Virus record (IMG/VR): IMGVR_UViG_3300026549_000071
Span: 10,253-74,252 of that record
Length of the DNA stretch: 64,000 bases
Source: a virus
Lineage: Duplodnaviria > Caudoviricetes
Direction: 5' to 3' (one strand)
Part shown: piece after piece, positions 9,983-19,571 of the stretch
Numbering within the stretch: position 1 is the stretch's first letter
How the letters are laid out: every line of letters begins with the position of its first letter
The notes under the pieces: model-generated
Databases searched by the model: none
What the model was told of the DNA's origin: nothing
The model's input: the letters and a program-made list of their open reading frames with translations, nothing else
Translations under genes and position numbers: made by a program

Positions 9983-10773
9983 TATAGGTAAAGACTTACC
10001 AATGGTAAGATATAGTTTTGGTAGTTATATCCAATATCAATATTTTCAATATCGTCTGTATCTTCTACCTCTAACATTTCATTTCCTTCTGGGTCATATA
10101 AGGAATACATGTTTCCTCTAGTTAACATACGATAATATTCGATGGGTAATTTCTTTCCTCGATAATTTCGTACGAAATCTCCCAGAATCATACTAGCATC
10201 TTTTCGAGAGGTTTCTTTCTCTCGTAACCTGCAAAAGCTCTCAATGAAATGCAGGAGATACTTTCCATGATAGTTTTTCACTTCATTGAGAGCATCTCCC
10301 TGACCAAGTCCTTTAATATCAATATTACTTGTAATTGTATTGATATAGAACTCGAGTTTATTGAGCCGAAGGTACGATGTATAGTGATTCTTTCCATTGA
10401 ATACAACTTCCCCAAAGGTCGTTTCATGACAGAAACGATTACATACAAAGATAGCATCCTTTTTAATCGAAATGATGTTCTCTTCGTCAAGTTCATTCTT
10501 CACAAGAAACCATTTTCTCGCTTCTGAGAAAGCTTTAGATAATTTCTTTGCAAATTCTTTATCTTTCCTCTGGTAGAGTCCTAGTTGAACACTTCTTGCT
10601 TTCTTATCCATCTTATCCAACTGATCTAACTTCTCTTTTGGAAGCAATTGAAATTGCTTACAGAGACTTGGACCAGCCGAATGGATATCATATTCTGTAA
10701 TATCCGTTCCAAATAAAAACTCAATGTTTTTGTTGATCCACAGACTTCTTTTGTACAGATCTGGATTCAGCAT
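9982..10773 (-). CDS. Small DNA polymerase B-like palm-domain protein, 263 aa
   Basis: EYDIHSAGPS (motif A-like), SIKKDAIFV (motif C-like), KNHY and IKGL downstream motifs. Confidence 0.55.
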   Translation of the reverse strand: MLNPDLYKRSLWINKNIEFLFGTDITEYDIHSAGPSLCKQFQLLPKEKLDQLDKMDKKARSVQLGLYQRKDKEFAKKLSKAFSEARKWFLVKNELDEENIISIKKDAIFVCNRFCHETTFGEVVFNGKNHYTSYLRLNKLEFYINTITSNIDIKGLGQGDALNEVKNYHGKYLLHFIESFCRLREKETSRKDASMILGDFVRNYRGKKLPIEYYRMLTRGNMYSLYDPEGNEMLEVEDTDDIENIDIGYNYQNYILPLVSLYL

Positions 10774-11992
10774 CTAGAATCCCCACTTCCAATACATTAA
10801 ATTCTTTATTCATTACAATCCTGTGTTTCCGATCTTCAATTGTAACGATATGACGTTTTACAATGAATACCCCAAAGGGATGAAAATTCTTCCTTGGAGG
10901 ATATTCTTTCTTTTGTTTCAAAGAGCGATATAACGTAGGAATGCTAATATCACGAATTGGATATTCCCATTTATCTATAGCAACCGCTTTATCGATAAAA
11001 CATGTATGCGTCATCTTGTAATACCGTTTCTTTGGAAGCACTGTTTTTTCATCAATGTAATCCCTTGTGAAACGATTCGTCACAACTTCCGAATACAGCA
11101 TATTGGAAAGTTGGTTTTCCTTATAGAAATCGAAATGCAGGATAACCATCTTCTTATGTGCTTCTAGAAGATTCAACTGACTCTGAAAGAGTTCACGAAG
11201 TTCTGGAATCTTCCTTACACAACGAAAATCATAGAGATATCCCTTAATACGAAAGATGGAACGCATCTCATTTGTCACGCGAGCATCTTTCATATAAGCA
11301 TATGTTAATTCATCGGATGTATAGATTTCCTCGAAAGGAAGATCTAGAATATCTCTTTGACGAACCTGCTGGATTTTCATTGGCATCATACCAAAGAATC
11401 CACCCATAGAGTTAAAGAATCCAGCGGGAACCGGAGACGGTGGTAAGTTATCATTTTGGATATCTTCGTCATCCTCATCATCATCGTCTTCGTCGTCATC
11501 TAAATACTCTGCATATTCTTCATCGTCGTCATCTTCATCCATGACGCTGTCAATGTATTCATAAAACATATGGACGACATCTTTGAGACGTTTCTTGATG
11601 AGATATTCGGCGGTTTCTTTTACTGGAACGGATGGTAATCCAGTATCTGATTTTTCATTCAAGCTGTCATGAAGCATTAGCATAATTTCCATGGTATCAA
11701 ATTGATCCAAGGTCATTTTCAATGCTTTCAAGTCAACCTTTTCATTCTCATTTGATTCTGAAATCTTTTTCTTTTTCACTGTCTTTTCTTTCTCCTTATG
11801 AGGCAATTTCATATCCGTTCGATACTTGTATATCTCATTTGCTGGAACCACAGCCATTTGATTTTGCTGTGGCAATGCAATTCGGATATTTCCATTCGCC
11901 TTTAATACATCTAGTATAATTTTCTTATCCATTTGCGTAATAACATCACGCTTTATTTTCTCAATCTCTTCTGGAGTAAATTTCCTATCCAT
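10721..11992 (-). CDS. Hypothetical protein with a long Asp/Glu tract, 423 aa
   Basis: AGAAAGGAG RBS; DEDDDDEEYAEYLDDDEDDDDEDDED tract. Confidence 0.8.
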   Translation of the reverse strand: MDRKFTPEEIEKIKRDVITQMDKKIILDVLKANGNIRIALPQQNQMAVVPANEIYKYRTDMKLPHKEKEKTVKKKKISESNENEKVDLKALKMTLDQFDTMEIMLMLHDSLNEKSDTGLPSVPVKETAEYLIKKRLKDVVHMFYEYIDSVMDEDDDDEEYAEYLDDDEDDDDEDDEDIQNDNLPPSPVPAGFFNSMGGFFGMMPMKIQQVRQRDILDLPFEEIYTSDELTYAYMKDARVTNEMRSIFRIKGYLYDFRCVRKIPELRELFQSQLNLLEAHKKMVILHFDFYKENQLSNMLYSEVVTNRFTRDYIDEKTVLPKKRYYKMTHTCFIDKAVAIDKWEYPIRDISIPTLYRSLKQKKEYPPRKNFHPFGVFIVKRHIVTIEDRKHRIVMNKEFNVLEVGILDAESRSVQKKSVDQQKH

Positions 11993-12109
11993 AAGAAATT
12001 CTCCTTTCTCGATAATTATTACCCTTATATAATTATCGCTCTTTTATGGAATCAAAATAAAAATAGAAGGATCATATATGCATCGTATGGTCCTTCTATT
12101 TTTTCTTCC

Positions 12110-12442
12110 TTATCCGAAGAGACTATCAAAGCGTGTATCTTTCTTTGGATGAACGACTTTTGTAGATTTGTGAAGCTGTTCATCATCTACACCGTCATAC
12201 TCCATATGCTTACGATCTTTATCCTGCTGGCGAACGAAGGCTTCTAAGTCATCTTCGTCGCCTTTTTCCAGTTTCTTGATGAAGGATTTAAAGCAACGTT
12301 TCATTGCTTTTTGCACCGCCTTATCTCCGTCATCGTACATCTGGAACATGCGACGGAACTTCCCAACAATCATAGGATTGAAGAGAAGTTCTTCCATTGC
12401 CTTCTTTTGATCTTTCCTTTTATTCTTCTTACTCATCTTCAT
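12110..12442 (-). CDS. Hypothetical highly charged protein, 110 aa
   Basis: ORF in a minus-strand operon with AAAGGA RBS. Confidence 0.75.
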   Translation of the reverse strand: MKMSKKNKRKDQKKAMEELLFNPMIVGKFRRMFQMYDDGDKAVQKAMKRCFKSFIKKLEKGDEDDLEAFVRQQDKDRKHMEYDGVDDEQLHKSTKVVHPKKDTRFDSLFG

Positions 12443-12460
12443 TTTGAATATATTCCTTTC

Positions 12461-13096
12461 TTATTCTTCATATGCATCTACTTCTTCCAAACGATTCTTT
12501 AGTTTCTTTGGAAGTTTCTTTCTCGTTTGCTCTGAAAGAACCTTGAGTAAAACCATGGTAGGATCAATTCCAAGTTCTTTCAGCTTATTGATCAGAAGAG
12601 TTTTCCGTTGCTTCAAGATACTTATAATCGTATCAGCATCTTGTGTCAACTTGCAATCTTTTCCTTTCAAATATGCCTTTGTTGAAATTGTTTTGATTCC
12701 GAATTCCATCTCAATGAATTCCTTCATCATCCGGAGGTATTCATATTCCACTTCTCCAGAAGAGCAAACAAAGAATACATCCTTATCATACAGCATTGCA
12801 TGACTAATGTATTCATTCAACAGAAACATACATTCTGGCCTCTGCAAATGACGGAAATATGCAGATTCATATTCCTTTCCAATGCCATACTTCGTATAGA
12901 CCAGAATAATAGATGCAGATGGAACCAATGGAACAACATCCATTAACATCGCATCATTTGGATACCATTTCTGTTTCATTTCCAGAGAGACATTGATAAA
13001 CTCTGAAGACTCCAGATCTGCTTTCTCCAGAATCTTCTTGAGTTTATCCCTCCCTTCTACGTTTACCAAATGCATCATACATTCCTCCATTAACAA
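12461..13096 (-). CDS. Hypothetical protein, 211 aa
   Basis: Operonic ORF overlapping the upstream stop. Confidence 0.75.
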   Translation of the reverse strand: MLMEECMMHLVNVEGRDKLKKILEKADLESSEFINVSLEMKQKWYPNDAMLMDVVPLVPSASIILVYTKYGIGKEYESAYFRHLQRPECMFLLNEYISHAMLYDKDVFFVCSSGEVEYEYLRMMKEFIEMEFGIKTISTKAYLKGKDCKLTQDADTIISILKQRKTLLINKLKELGIDPTMVLLKVLSEQTRKKLPKKLKNRLEEVDAYEE

Positions 13097-13800
13097 ATTT
13101 TAATCTTAATCTTTTTCCCATCATCGCGTGCATGCTGGACGAAATCTTTCTCATCCTTCCACATGCGATCACGAACCTCAATCGGATCGAACAACTTTCC
13201 ACAACGAGCACATACCAACTTGGAATAATCATTATTCCATTTGAGTGCATTACCACATTTCGTGCAATACATGATCTTTCGATCCAATGGATAAATATAA
13301 CCATAATCCAAAATTACGATTTCATCATTATTCCGATATCCGAAATTCGTGAAATTCTTGGAAATGGTTCCCATATCACAAAACAGATAATCCTTAGATA
13401 AAATCTCTAAGATATTCCGGATATTCTGTTTCGATTCAATGAACTCATCTTGCGTCATGAGATTTACATATTCTGCAACGGCTACGATACCATTGCATTC
13501 ATATGTCTTTGTGACATACGGCTGAAGTTCTTGACTATAATCAAACTCTGTCCAATTATCGCGTACGCCATAATTATCAAGAGCAATTTTGAATACATAG
13601 TCTTTATTCCGCACGGTCAACCGATTGGTTCCTGGACCAATTTCCGTGAATCCAAGATCCTTCAGAAGAAAGAGAATCTGACGAACCTTCTCATTATTAT
13701 TCGAGATATTTGGATCTCTCTGAATCTCCCAAATCTTCTGAAGAACTTCTTCACTGAATAACTCATGAATCCGATGACGATATTTCTTTTCTTCCATCAT
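13090..13800 (-). CDS. Protein kinase-like protein with C-terminal zinc ribbon
   Basis: IGPGTNR (Gly loop), VFKIA (VAIK-like), D...NFG catalytic loop, ILDYG (DFG-like), CTKCG...CARCG. Confidence 0.7.
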   Translation of the reverse strand: MMEEKKYRHRIHELFSEEVLQKIWEIQRDPNISNNNEKVRQILFLLKDLGFTEIGPGTNRLTVRNKDYVFKIALDNYGVRDNWTEFDYSQELQPYVTKTYECNGIVAVAEYVNLMTQDEFIESKQNIRNILEILSKDYLFCDMGTISKNFTNFGYRNNDEIVILDYGYIYPLDRKIMYCTKCGNALKWNNDYSKLVCARCGKLFDPIEVRDRMWKDEKDFVQHARDDGKKIKIKIC

Positions 13801-13808
13801 AGACTCCT

Positions 13809-14810
13809 TTACTCCATATTTGCCATCTTACGTAACTGATCTCCAGTTAATTGGAGCATATCCTTCTCAAACTCTGAGAATGTATGATATTCTCCATTAG
13901 CAAATTTCTTCATATAGCTATTGCTCTTCTTATGCTTCTTTTTCTTTCCATATTTATATCCACCAGATTCCTTCAGTTTCTTCTTACGAATCAACTTACG
14001 AGAACCTTTCGAAAGATGCTTCATTCCAACATGAAGTCCAATGCTCTCCAGATAATCCAGCGTCTGCATCTCATCCATTTGCTCTTTCGTCAGAGAAATG
14101 CCTTTATAGAAGACCAGTTTATCTGGGCTCTCTTCTTCATCAAACTCATGAAAGTCCTTCTTATGAAGATATTCTTTATACTTGGCTGTGAAGGAAACTT
14201 TCTTTGGTTTGTGATACATTTCACGAAGCATTCTCTTACGAGCATCTTTCTTTGAAATTTTGATGGGTTTGGTACGATTCGTATAGAACTTATTGATCAT
14301 ATCAATCTCATTCGAAATTTGATTTGCTACGTCAGACGAATCATTCAAATCCATCTTCATTGGATTCATTCCCTTAATGGGTTTGAAACTGAAAGCAAGT
14401 TTTACATGCTTCGGAATCTTCCAATTCGTCGGAATGACTGGCAGACCAAAATCATAATCACATGGAGTTTCCAATGGCATTCCATCATCAATATATTTGC
14501 GATTCTTCTTATTATGCTTCAATTTCGGGCAAAAAGATGGAACGTAATCTTTCACCATTCCAATCTGGAACAGGAATTTCAAACGTTTCATTCCACCATA
14601 TTTATCAATGAGCCATTGACCATATTCCGTATAGATTTCTTTTGCTCTGCACCATTCCCCAAAATCAGAATATTTCCGTTTCAGAGCTCTTACTTTATTG
14701 AGAAGTGGAGTATCTTCCCATTTCTCTTCATCATGATAATCATCTCCGAAATCATTAACCTGAGATTTGAACTCAGGATGATTCGGATATTCATATTCCT
14801 TTACTATCAT
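13809..14810 (-). CDS. Hypothetical Lys-rich early protein, 333 aa
   Basis: AAAGGAG RBS; early promoter motif at 14850-14859. Confidence 0.8.
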   Translation of the reverse strand: MIVKEYEYPNHPEFKSQVNDFGDDYHDEEKWEDTPLLNKVRALKRKYSDFGEWCRAKEIYTEYGQWLIDKYGGMKRLKFLFQIGMVKDYVPSFCPKLKHNKKNRKYIDDGMPLETPCDYDFGLPVIPTNWKIPKHVKLAFSFKPIKGMNPMKMDLNDSSDVANQISNEIDMINKFYTNRTKPIKISKKDARKRMLREMYHKPKKVSFTAKYKEYLHKKDFHEFDEEESPDKLVFYKGISLTKEQMDEMQTLDYLESIGLHVGMKHLSKGSRKLIRKKKLKESGGYKYGKKKKHKKSNSYMKKFANGEYHTFSEFEKDMLQLTGDQLRKMANME

Positions 14811-14944
14811 TTTATTATAAATCTCCTTTCTTTCATTCGATCTAAATAAATAATATATATTTTAATCAACTATTGGATTTTCCGTCTGTAATACCATGTG
14901 AGTTCGAAGGTAAAAAATAAAAAAAAGAAGCTCCAAACTCTCCA

Positions 14945-15028
14945 CTACGTTTTGACCTTCATGAGATTAGAACATGGCATGTATGCACAATCCTGCTGCT
15001 CCGTTAGAAACATAAACATATTCCGCAT
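14945..15028 (-). CDS. 27-aa small ORF (MRNMFMFLTEQQDCAYMPCSNLMKVKT)
   Basis: GAAAGGAG RBS 10 nt upstream of ATG. Confidence 0.45.
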   Translation of the reverse strand: MRNMFMFLTEQQDCAYMPCSNLMKVKT

Positions 15029-15156
15029 TTTGATTCATCTCCTTTCGGATCATAGTAAAATGCGTCTATGTAAACATCGAGTCCATCGCATTTCTCGATG
15101 ATTGATACTTATACAATATCTATTCATATATTATGAAAACCGATATTCCTTTGAAA

Positions 15157-15166
15157 TATATATTAT
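15157..15166 (+). promoter_or_regulatory. Early-type phage promoter motif TATATATTAT (representative copy)
   Basis: Exact copies on + at 15157, 19973, 20299, 22607, 23446, 26421, 34148, 36781, 41585, 43271 and on - at 3361, 5699, 9574, 9918, 14850, 53827, 55356, all intergenic and upstream of a gene or the candidate RNA. Confidence 0.85.
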
Positions 15167-15169
15167 TCA

Positions 15170-16105
15170 TCTAGTTACATAGAAATCGATTTTTGATTGA
15201 CATGATAATAGCGAAAATTGATCTATGAAAATCATGGATATTTAAATTCGTTGATGCACAAACTTAGACTCAATTTGTCTATATATGGGATAAGTACCAT
15301 TCAGTACGTGGAAACGTCAAAGACTTTGCGAGTGGGTTGGTGCTATACACGGGTCAATAATTTCGATCTTATCTCGGCAAATGAAGAGTGATCTTCATTT
15401 GTTTATCGATTCCTTAATAATTGCTCTTTCTGTCATAGAGAGAATAAGCATGGAGGAACGAATGTATCCTTCCCATGTAAAATCCTTAAGGATATCCAGA
15501 GTGAGGGATCATGAATGGGATAGAGGGCAATCTAAGATTCCAATTGAATAATCTTAGGTATTAAAACGTTTCCTCTTGAGCTTCGTGAACTTGCTAGGGA
15601 GAAGATTTGAATGGACCTCGATATCGAATGATGAGATCAATGAGTAAGTCATATTTGGATGATTATGATACGAATAGATATAAGACCAAACGAGCATTCT
15701 CATTCGGTTATGATTGGATAAAATGACAGTAGATATAGATCATAAGAAATTCGTCGTATAGTAAGATACAGCTTGATTTGTTGGTAGGCAATCATAGTAG
15801 AATTTCTTTGGTTAACTCATGATAAAACTCCCGTCATGTATATCGAGTATCGTTGCAATACGATACTTTAACAATGGGATGTGTAGATATATACTACCTA
15901 TCATATCGGTATAATATACAATCTATTTTGGATTTGTATATTCATCGTTCATTTAAGGTAAAGATGCATTGAAAAGACGCTAGAAAATTATCACTGGTTA
16001 TTTCATCCTATAGATGAATCTCACAAATAATTTGCCTTAAGGAGAAGAACGATTTTAACATACAGAAAATACAAAGGATGGATTCTTTCCATCCTTTGTA
16101 TTTTT
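15170..16105 (+). ncRNA. Candidate large (~900 nt) structured non-coding RNA
   Basis: No ORF of 60 aa or more; early promoter 15157-15166; terminator 16066-16105; many hairpins including GNRA-type loops and long-range helices. Confidence 0.7.
16066..16105 (+). terminator. Intrinsic terminator closing the large non-coding transcript
   Basis: AAAATACAAAGGATGGA/TCCATCCTTTGTATTTT followed by T-tract. Confidence 0.85.
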
Positions 16106-16148
16106 ATTTTGGCTTTCACAGTTTAGTATATAGAAGGAGTGTAAGAAT

Positions 16149-16643
16149 ATGAAAGGTAACGAAAAGTTTAAAATGTATACCTTATACGTTGGAAATATTC
16201 CAGTTGTATTTTGTGCAGATCGATGGCTAATTGAGCTGTATATTGTACAACGGAAGTTAGTCGAAAAGAAGTATCAATTTCATCAGGATACCTATGATAC
16301 GTCCATGTATAAAGAGTTTGATGATTATCTTGTATACTATTATGGTTATGCAGTCACGCAACGAGAGCTTAAATATATCGTCAACTCAACAGAGGAATAT
16401 GAATCGTTTCGGAAGTATAAGATTCATTCTCTTCAAGGATTTCTAGAGCGTTTTAATCATACATTAAAGAAATCGGAAAAGAAAGCACTTAAAGAAACGA
16501 TCAAAATCCTAAAGAAGTATACATGCGAAAATGATGACTTTATTGAGTCACAGATTGATACCATCCTAAACCATAATGATATGGTAAAGGATTATATGGA
16601 TGCAACGGATATGTTCCGAATGCATATGGAAGGAGAAATTTAA
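16149..16643 (+). CDS. Hypothetical protein, 164 aa
   Basis: AAGGAG RBS; CACA-N6-TA motif at 16117-16128. Confidence 0.8.
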   Translation: MKGNEKFKMYTLYVGNIPVVFCADRWLIELYIVQRKLVEKKYQFHQDTYDTSMYKEFDDYLVYYYGYAVTQRELKYIVNSTEEYESFRKYKIHSLQGFLERFNHTLKKSEKKALKETIKILKKYTCENDDFIESQIDTILNHNDMVKDYMDATDMFRMHMEGEI

Positions 16644-16644
16644 G

Positions 16645-17454
16645 TTGAGAGATATTAAACTCATTGCAATTGATGGATTAGATGGAACTGGGAAAACAAC
16701 CTTTGCAAAATTCTTATCCAATGATCTTCAATCGGATTATTATACGAATAAGAAGTATGATGCAAGATACCAGCATTTCCCAGTCTATGAATTACAATCT
16801 GGAAAGAAGATCAAAGATTTTCTCTTCCATGAACCAGAACCATACAAGAGAGAAAATATTCTCAAAATGATTGATCTGCAAGAAACGAATCGAATGGAAT
16901 GGACAGATCGTTTGATCTGGGATGACGTTTTAGTTCAAGATGACCGTCCATTGCTGATGATTGCAGATCGTTACATGCGTTCGAATGACATTTACAACGA
17001 AACAAGACTTCCGGATTGGAAGGAACGCTGTATCAATGCAGGAGAACGTGAATATGGAGATCATGCTATTCCAAGACCGGATCTCCAAATTTTTTGTTAC
17101 TGTAACAGAAATCTTCAACGGAAGCGTTTAGAAGCAAGAAAGAATTTGGATCAGTATGAAGCATTAGATCATCTAGATGAACTGAATGATCGTTATATTA
17201 CTTATTTGAAATGGTATATGACGATTGATCGTTTCAAGAGAAATACGGTATTTATTCCCATGCACTTATTTGATCGAGAATTTCTGAAAGAATCTCTGGA
17301 TAATAAAAAATGGAATACGTACTATAAGGAAATTTTGAAAGATTACCTTAGTATTTTCCGTAAGTACATTCTTTCTCAGGAAACGAAAGAAGAATTCGTG
17401 AAAGAAATCAATGAACTCCATGAAGAAGAATTCAATGCTTACTTGGAGTCATAA
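16645..17454 (+). CDS. tmk: Thymidylate (dTMP) kinase; TTG start inferred from RBS
   Basis: IAIDGLDGTGKTT P-loop, IADRY..SN motif, PRPDL.IF. Confidence 0.85.
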   Translation: MRDIKLIAIDGLDGTGKTTFAKFLSNDLQSDYYTNKKYDARYQHFPVYELQSGKKIKDFLFHEPEPYKRENILKMIDLQETNRMEWTDRLIWDDVLVQDDRPLLMIADRYMRSNDIYNETRLPDWKERCINAGEREYGDHAIPRPDLQIFCYCNRNLQRKRLEARKNLDQYEALDHLDELNDRYITYLKWYMTIDRFKRNTVFIPMHLFDREFLKESLDNKKWNTYYKEILKDYLSIFRKYILSQETKEEFVKEINELHEEEFNAYLES

Positions 17455-17540
17455 GAGTAGTTTATTAACAGCAAGAAACAAAGCATTAGGCAGTGTTTCT
17501 TGCTGTTGTTTCTCTACTACGGAAAGGATGTCAGAAACCG

Positions 17541-18308
17541 ATGAGGAAAATGATTCAAATTCATACCATTGGAGATGCTAATGTTTTAAACGCGTCGGTC
17601 CAAAATCCACCTGCAAGTTTTTATTTCATTGAGGGAAACGTTCTTTTTTTATTCGAGTATTCTCCCATGTGCGATGAATATATCCGTCTTCATAAGAAGG
17701 AATTCAAAGCATTGAAGGATATTATTCTCTGTTATACATCTCCAGTTTATATGAATGGAGTACAAGTACATCACTCAACCTTAGTACATGAATTCATTGA
17801 AGGAGTATTTCATTGTATTGATCATCATGATCGAATTCATGTACGCTTGATGACTGTATCTCCAAATTCGAATCCAATTATTATTGATTATGAAAAGCAA
17901 AAAAATGTCATTACTGAAAGAAATATTACGTCACAAGATCCCAATGCAAATATTGTATTTACGAATGAAAGTATCCTCTTTGTAGCAATGGATACCATAT
18001 ATACAAAGAAAGGATATTCTACCATTACCATTTGGAAACAGATGGAAGAAGGATATTGGAGTTGCCTTCTTCACTATACGGGCCGTTTTGGATCCTTGAA
18101 TGAATACACAGTAAAGTTCTTAATGGAACATCCACATGCGATTCTTGTGTATTATATCAATCGTTCGTTCTACAAATCAGATCATAACTTATCAGTAAAG
18201 GAACTCTGTTATCGAATTATGAATACCTTCGATGATATGAGAAATCCCATCACCTTGCTTGGATTTACGAATCCAAACGAGGCAAAATTTATTCGTGAGA
18301 GAATGTGA
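17541..18308 (+). CDS. Degenerate metallo-beta-lactamase-fold-like protein lacking HxHxDH
   Basis: N-terminal IHTIGDA..N..AS...LFLFE and later HYTG resemble an RNase Z-type MBL scaffold, but the metal ligands are absent. Confidence 0.35.
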   Translation: MRKMIQIHTIGDANVLNASVQNPPASFYFIEGNVLFLFEYSPMCDEYIRLHKKEFKALKDIILCYTSPVYMNGVQVHHSTLVHEFIEGVFHCIDHHDRIHVRLMTVSPNSNPIIIDYEKQKNVITERNITSQDPNANIVFTNESILFVAMDTIYTKKGYSTITIWKQMEEGYWSCLLHYTGRFGSLNEYTVKFLMEHPHAILVYYINRSFYKSDHNLSVKELCYRIMNTFDDMRNPITLLGFTNPNEAKFIRERM

Positions 18309-18367
18309 TGCTATGGTAAGTTAATGATCTGCCGCTTTATATCGTCACCGGAAAGTGAGTCACTGAT

Positions 18368-18709
18368 ATGAAAATGAGTAAGACCAAACAACGAAAGGAA
18401 TTGATCCTTCAACGTAAAAAAGATAAATATGGATATTTTGGTCTGTTCCGGATAGAAGAGGTTTATCCCTTCCAATTGTATATGCAAAGGTATAAGCACT
18501 TCAAACTAGCTGTAACCCAAGGAAATGAACTCATTCATATGATAAAAGACGGTTTACACGTCATTGTATGGTACGATGAAAAACTGCGGCAATGTTGCTC
18601 GAATCGATATGGAATGTGCATGTGGTATGTTTACCATACGTTTGATGAAGAATATATGGAAGACTTTTTAGCATATGAAAAGGAGCATGAAATTTATTAT
18701 GCAATCTAA
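18368..18709 (+). CDS. Hypothetical protein, 113 aa
   Basis: Operonic ORF upstream of thyX. Confidence 0.65.
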   Translation: MKMSKTKQRKELILQRKKDKYGYFGLFRIEEVYPFQLYMQRYKHFKLAVTQGNELIHMIKDGLHVIVWYDEKLRQCCSNRYGMCMWYVYHTFDEEYMEDFLAYEKEHEIYYAI

Positions 18710-19571
18710 AGTTAATGTAAAACGAGTAGGAAATGGTGAAGTTGTTTTAATTGCTGGTGGTGGAAAAGTATACAGCGATATTGCAGCAAGGTTCTGTCGT
18801 ACGGAGAAAGATGTTCATGATATCATTGCATCTCCGTATAATAAGAAACTGGTTCAAACTATTTTGGATTCTGGTCATTATGCTGCAACAGAATTTGACT
18901 ACTTCATCTTTGGAATCCAAGGTTACTCTCGTGTAACCGAAACTCAATTGGTTCGCAAGCGTTTAGCCAGTTATTTGATTAAATCTGGTCGTGCAGAAGA
19001 GCACGGGAAACGAAACTTTGATGTTGTTCTTCCGAAAGATCAGAGATTATTGGATCTTCCCAGAGGAGAAGTTCATCTGGATCCATCTCAAGTGATTGTG
19101 GAATATAAAGATGGAGTTAAGATCTCTTTGGAACAGGTGGTTCCATGTTCTACAGCAGAAGTGTATCTGAATAGTGCACAACTGTTAGATGCAATGGCAT
19201 CATTCTATGATGATGCTGTGTTGAATCATGGAATTAAAGAAGAAGACGCACGTTACTTTAAACCTCAAGCAACGGAGTTCAAAGCAATTATTGGAATGAA
19301 TGCCCATGCATTACGGGATTGGTTTAAGATTCGTTGCTGCAATCGAGCACAATCTGAAATCCGTGATCTTGCATGGAAAATGCTTCGTTTATGCAAAGAA
19401 GCTGCTCCAGATCTCTTTGAAGGTGCTGGACCTAGTTGTGTTGCACTTGGTCTTTGCCCAGAGATGGAACAGTGTGAGCAGAATAAAGGAAAGATTCCTA
19501 CATTGAAAGCATTTAAAGAAGCAAAAAATACGAAAGAATACAAAGACTTTGCAAAAGTCATGATGAAATAA
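18699..19571 (+). CDS. thyX: Flavin-dependent thymidylate synthase ThyX
   Basis: GH.AATEF, RKRLASYLIKSGR (RHRxxSxxxxSxR variant), EDARY..P, MNAHALRDWFKIRCCNRAQSEIRDLA. Confidence 0.9.
   Translation: MQSKVNVKRVGNGEVVLIAGGGKVYSDIAARFCRTEKDVHDIIASPYNKKLVQTILDSGHYAATEFDYFIFGIQGYSRVTETQLVRKRLASYLIKSGRAEEHGKRNFDVVLPKDQRLLDLPRGEVHLDPSQVIVEYKDGVKISLEQVVPCSTAEVYLNSAQLLDAMASFYDDAVLNHGIKEEDARYFKPQATEFKAIIGMNAHALRDWFKIRCCNRAQSEIRDLAWKMLRLCKEAAPDLFEGAGPSCVALGLCPEMEQCEQNKGKIPTLKAFKEAKNTKEYKDFAKVMMK

Noticed and set aside
10721-11992. Asp/Glu tract as a DNA-mimic anti-restriction protein
   Set aside because: A simple low-complexity tract inside a larger protein is not enough evidence.
15170-16105. tmRNA, RNase P RNA or group I/II intron identity for the large non-coding region
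   Set aside because: No tRNA-like GGGG...CCA ends, no GAGGAAAGUCC, no matching P7 pair, no GUGCG start or domain V found by eye.
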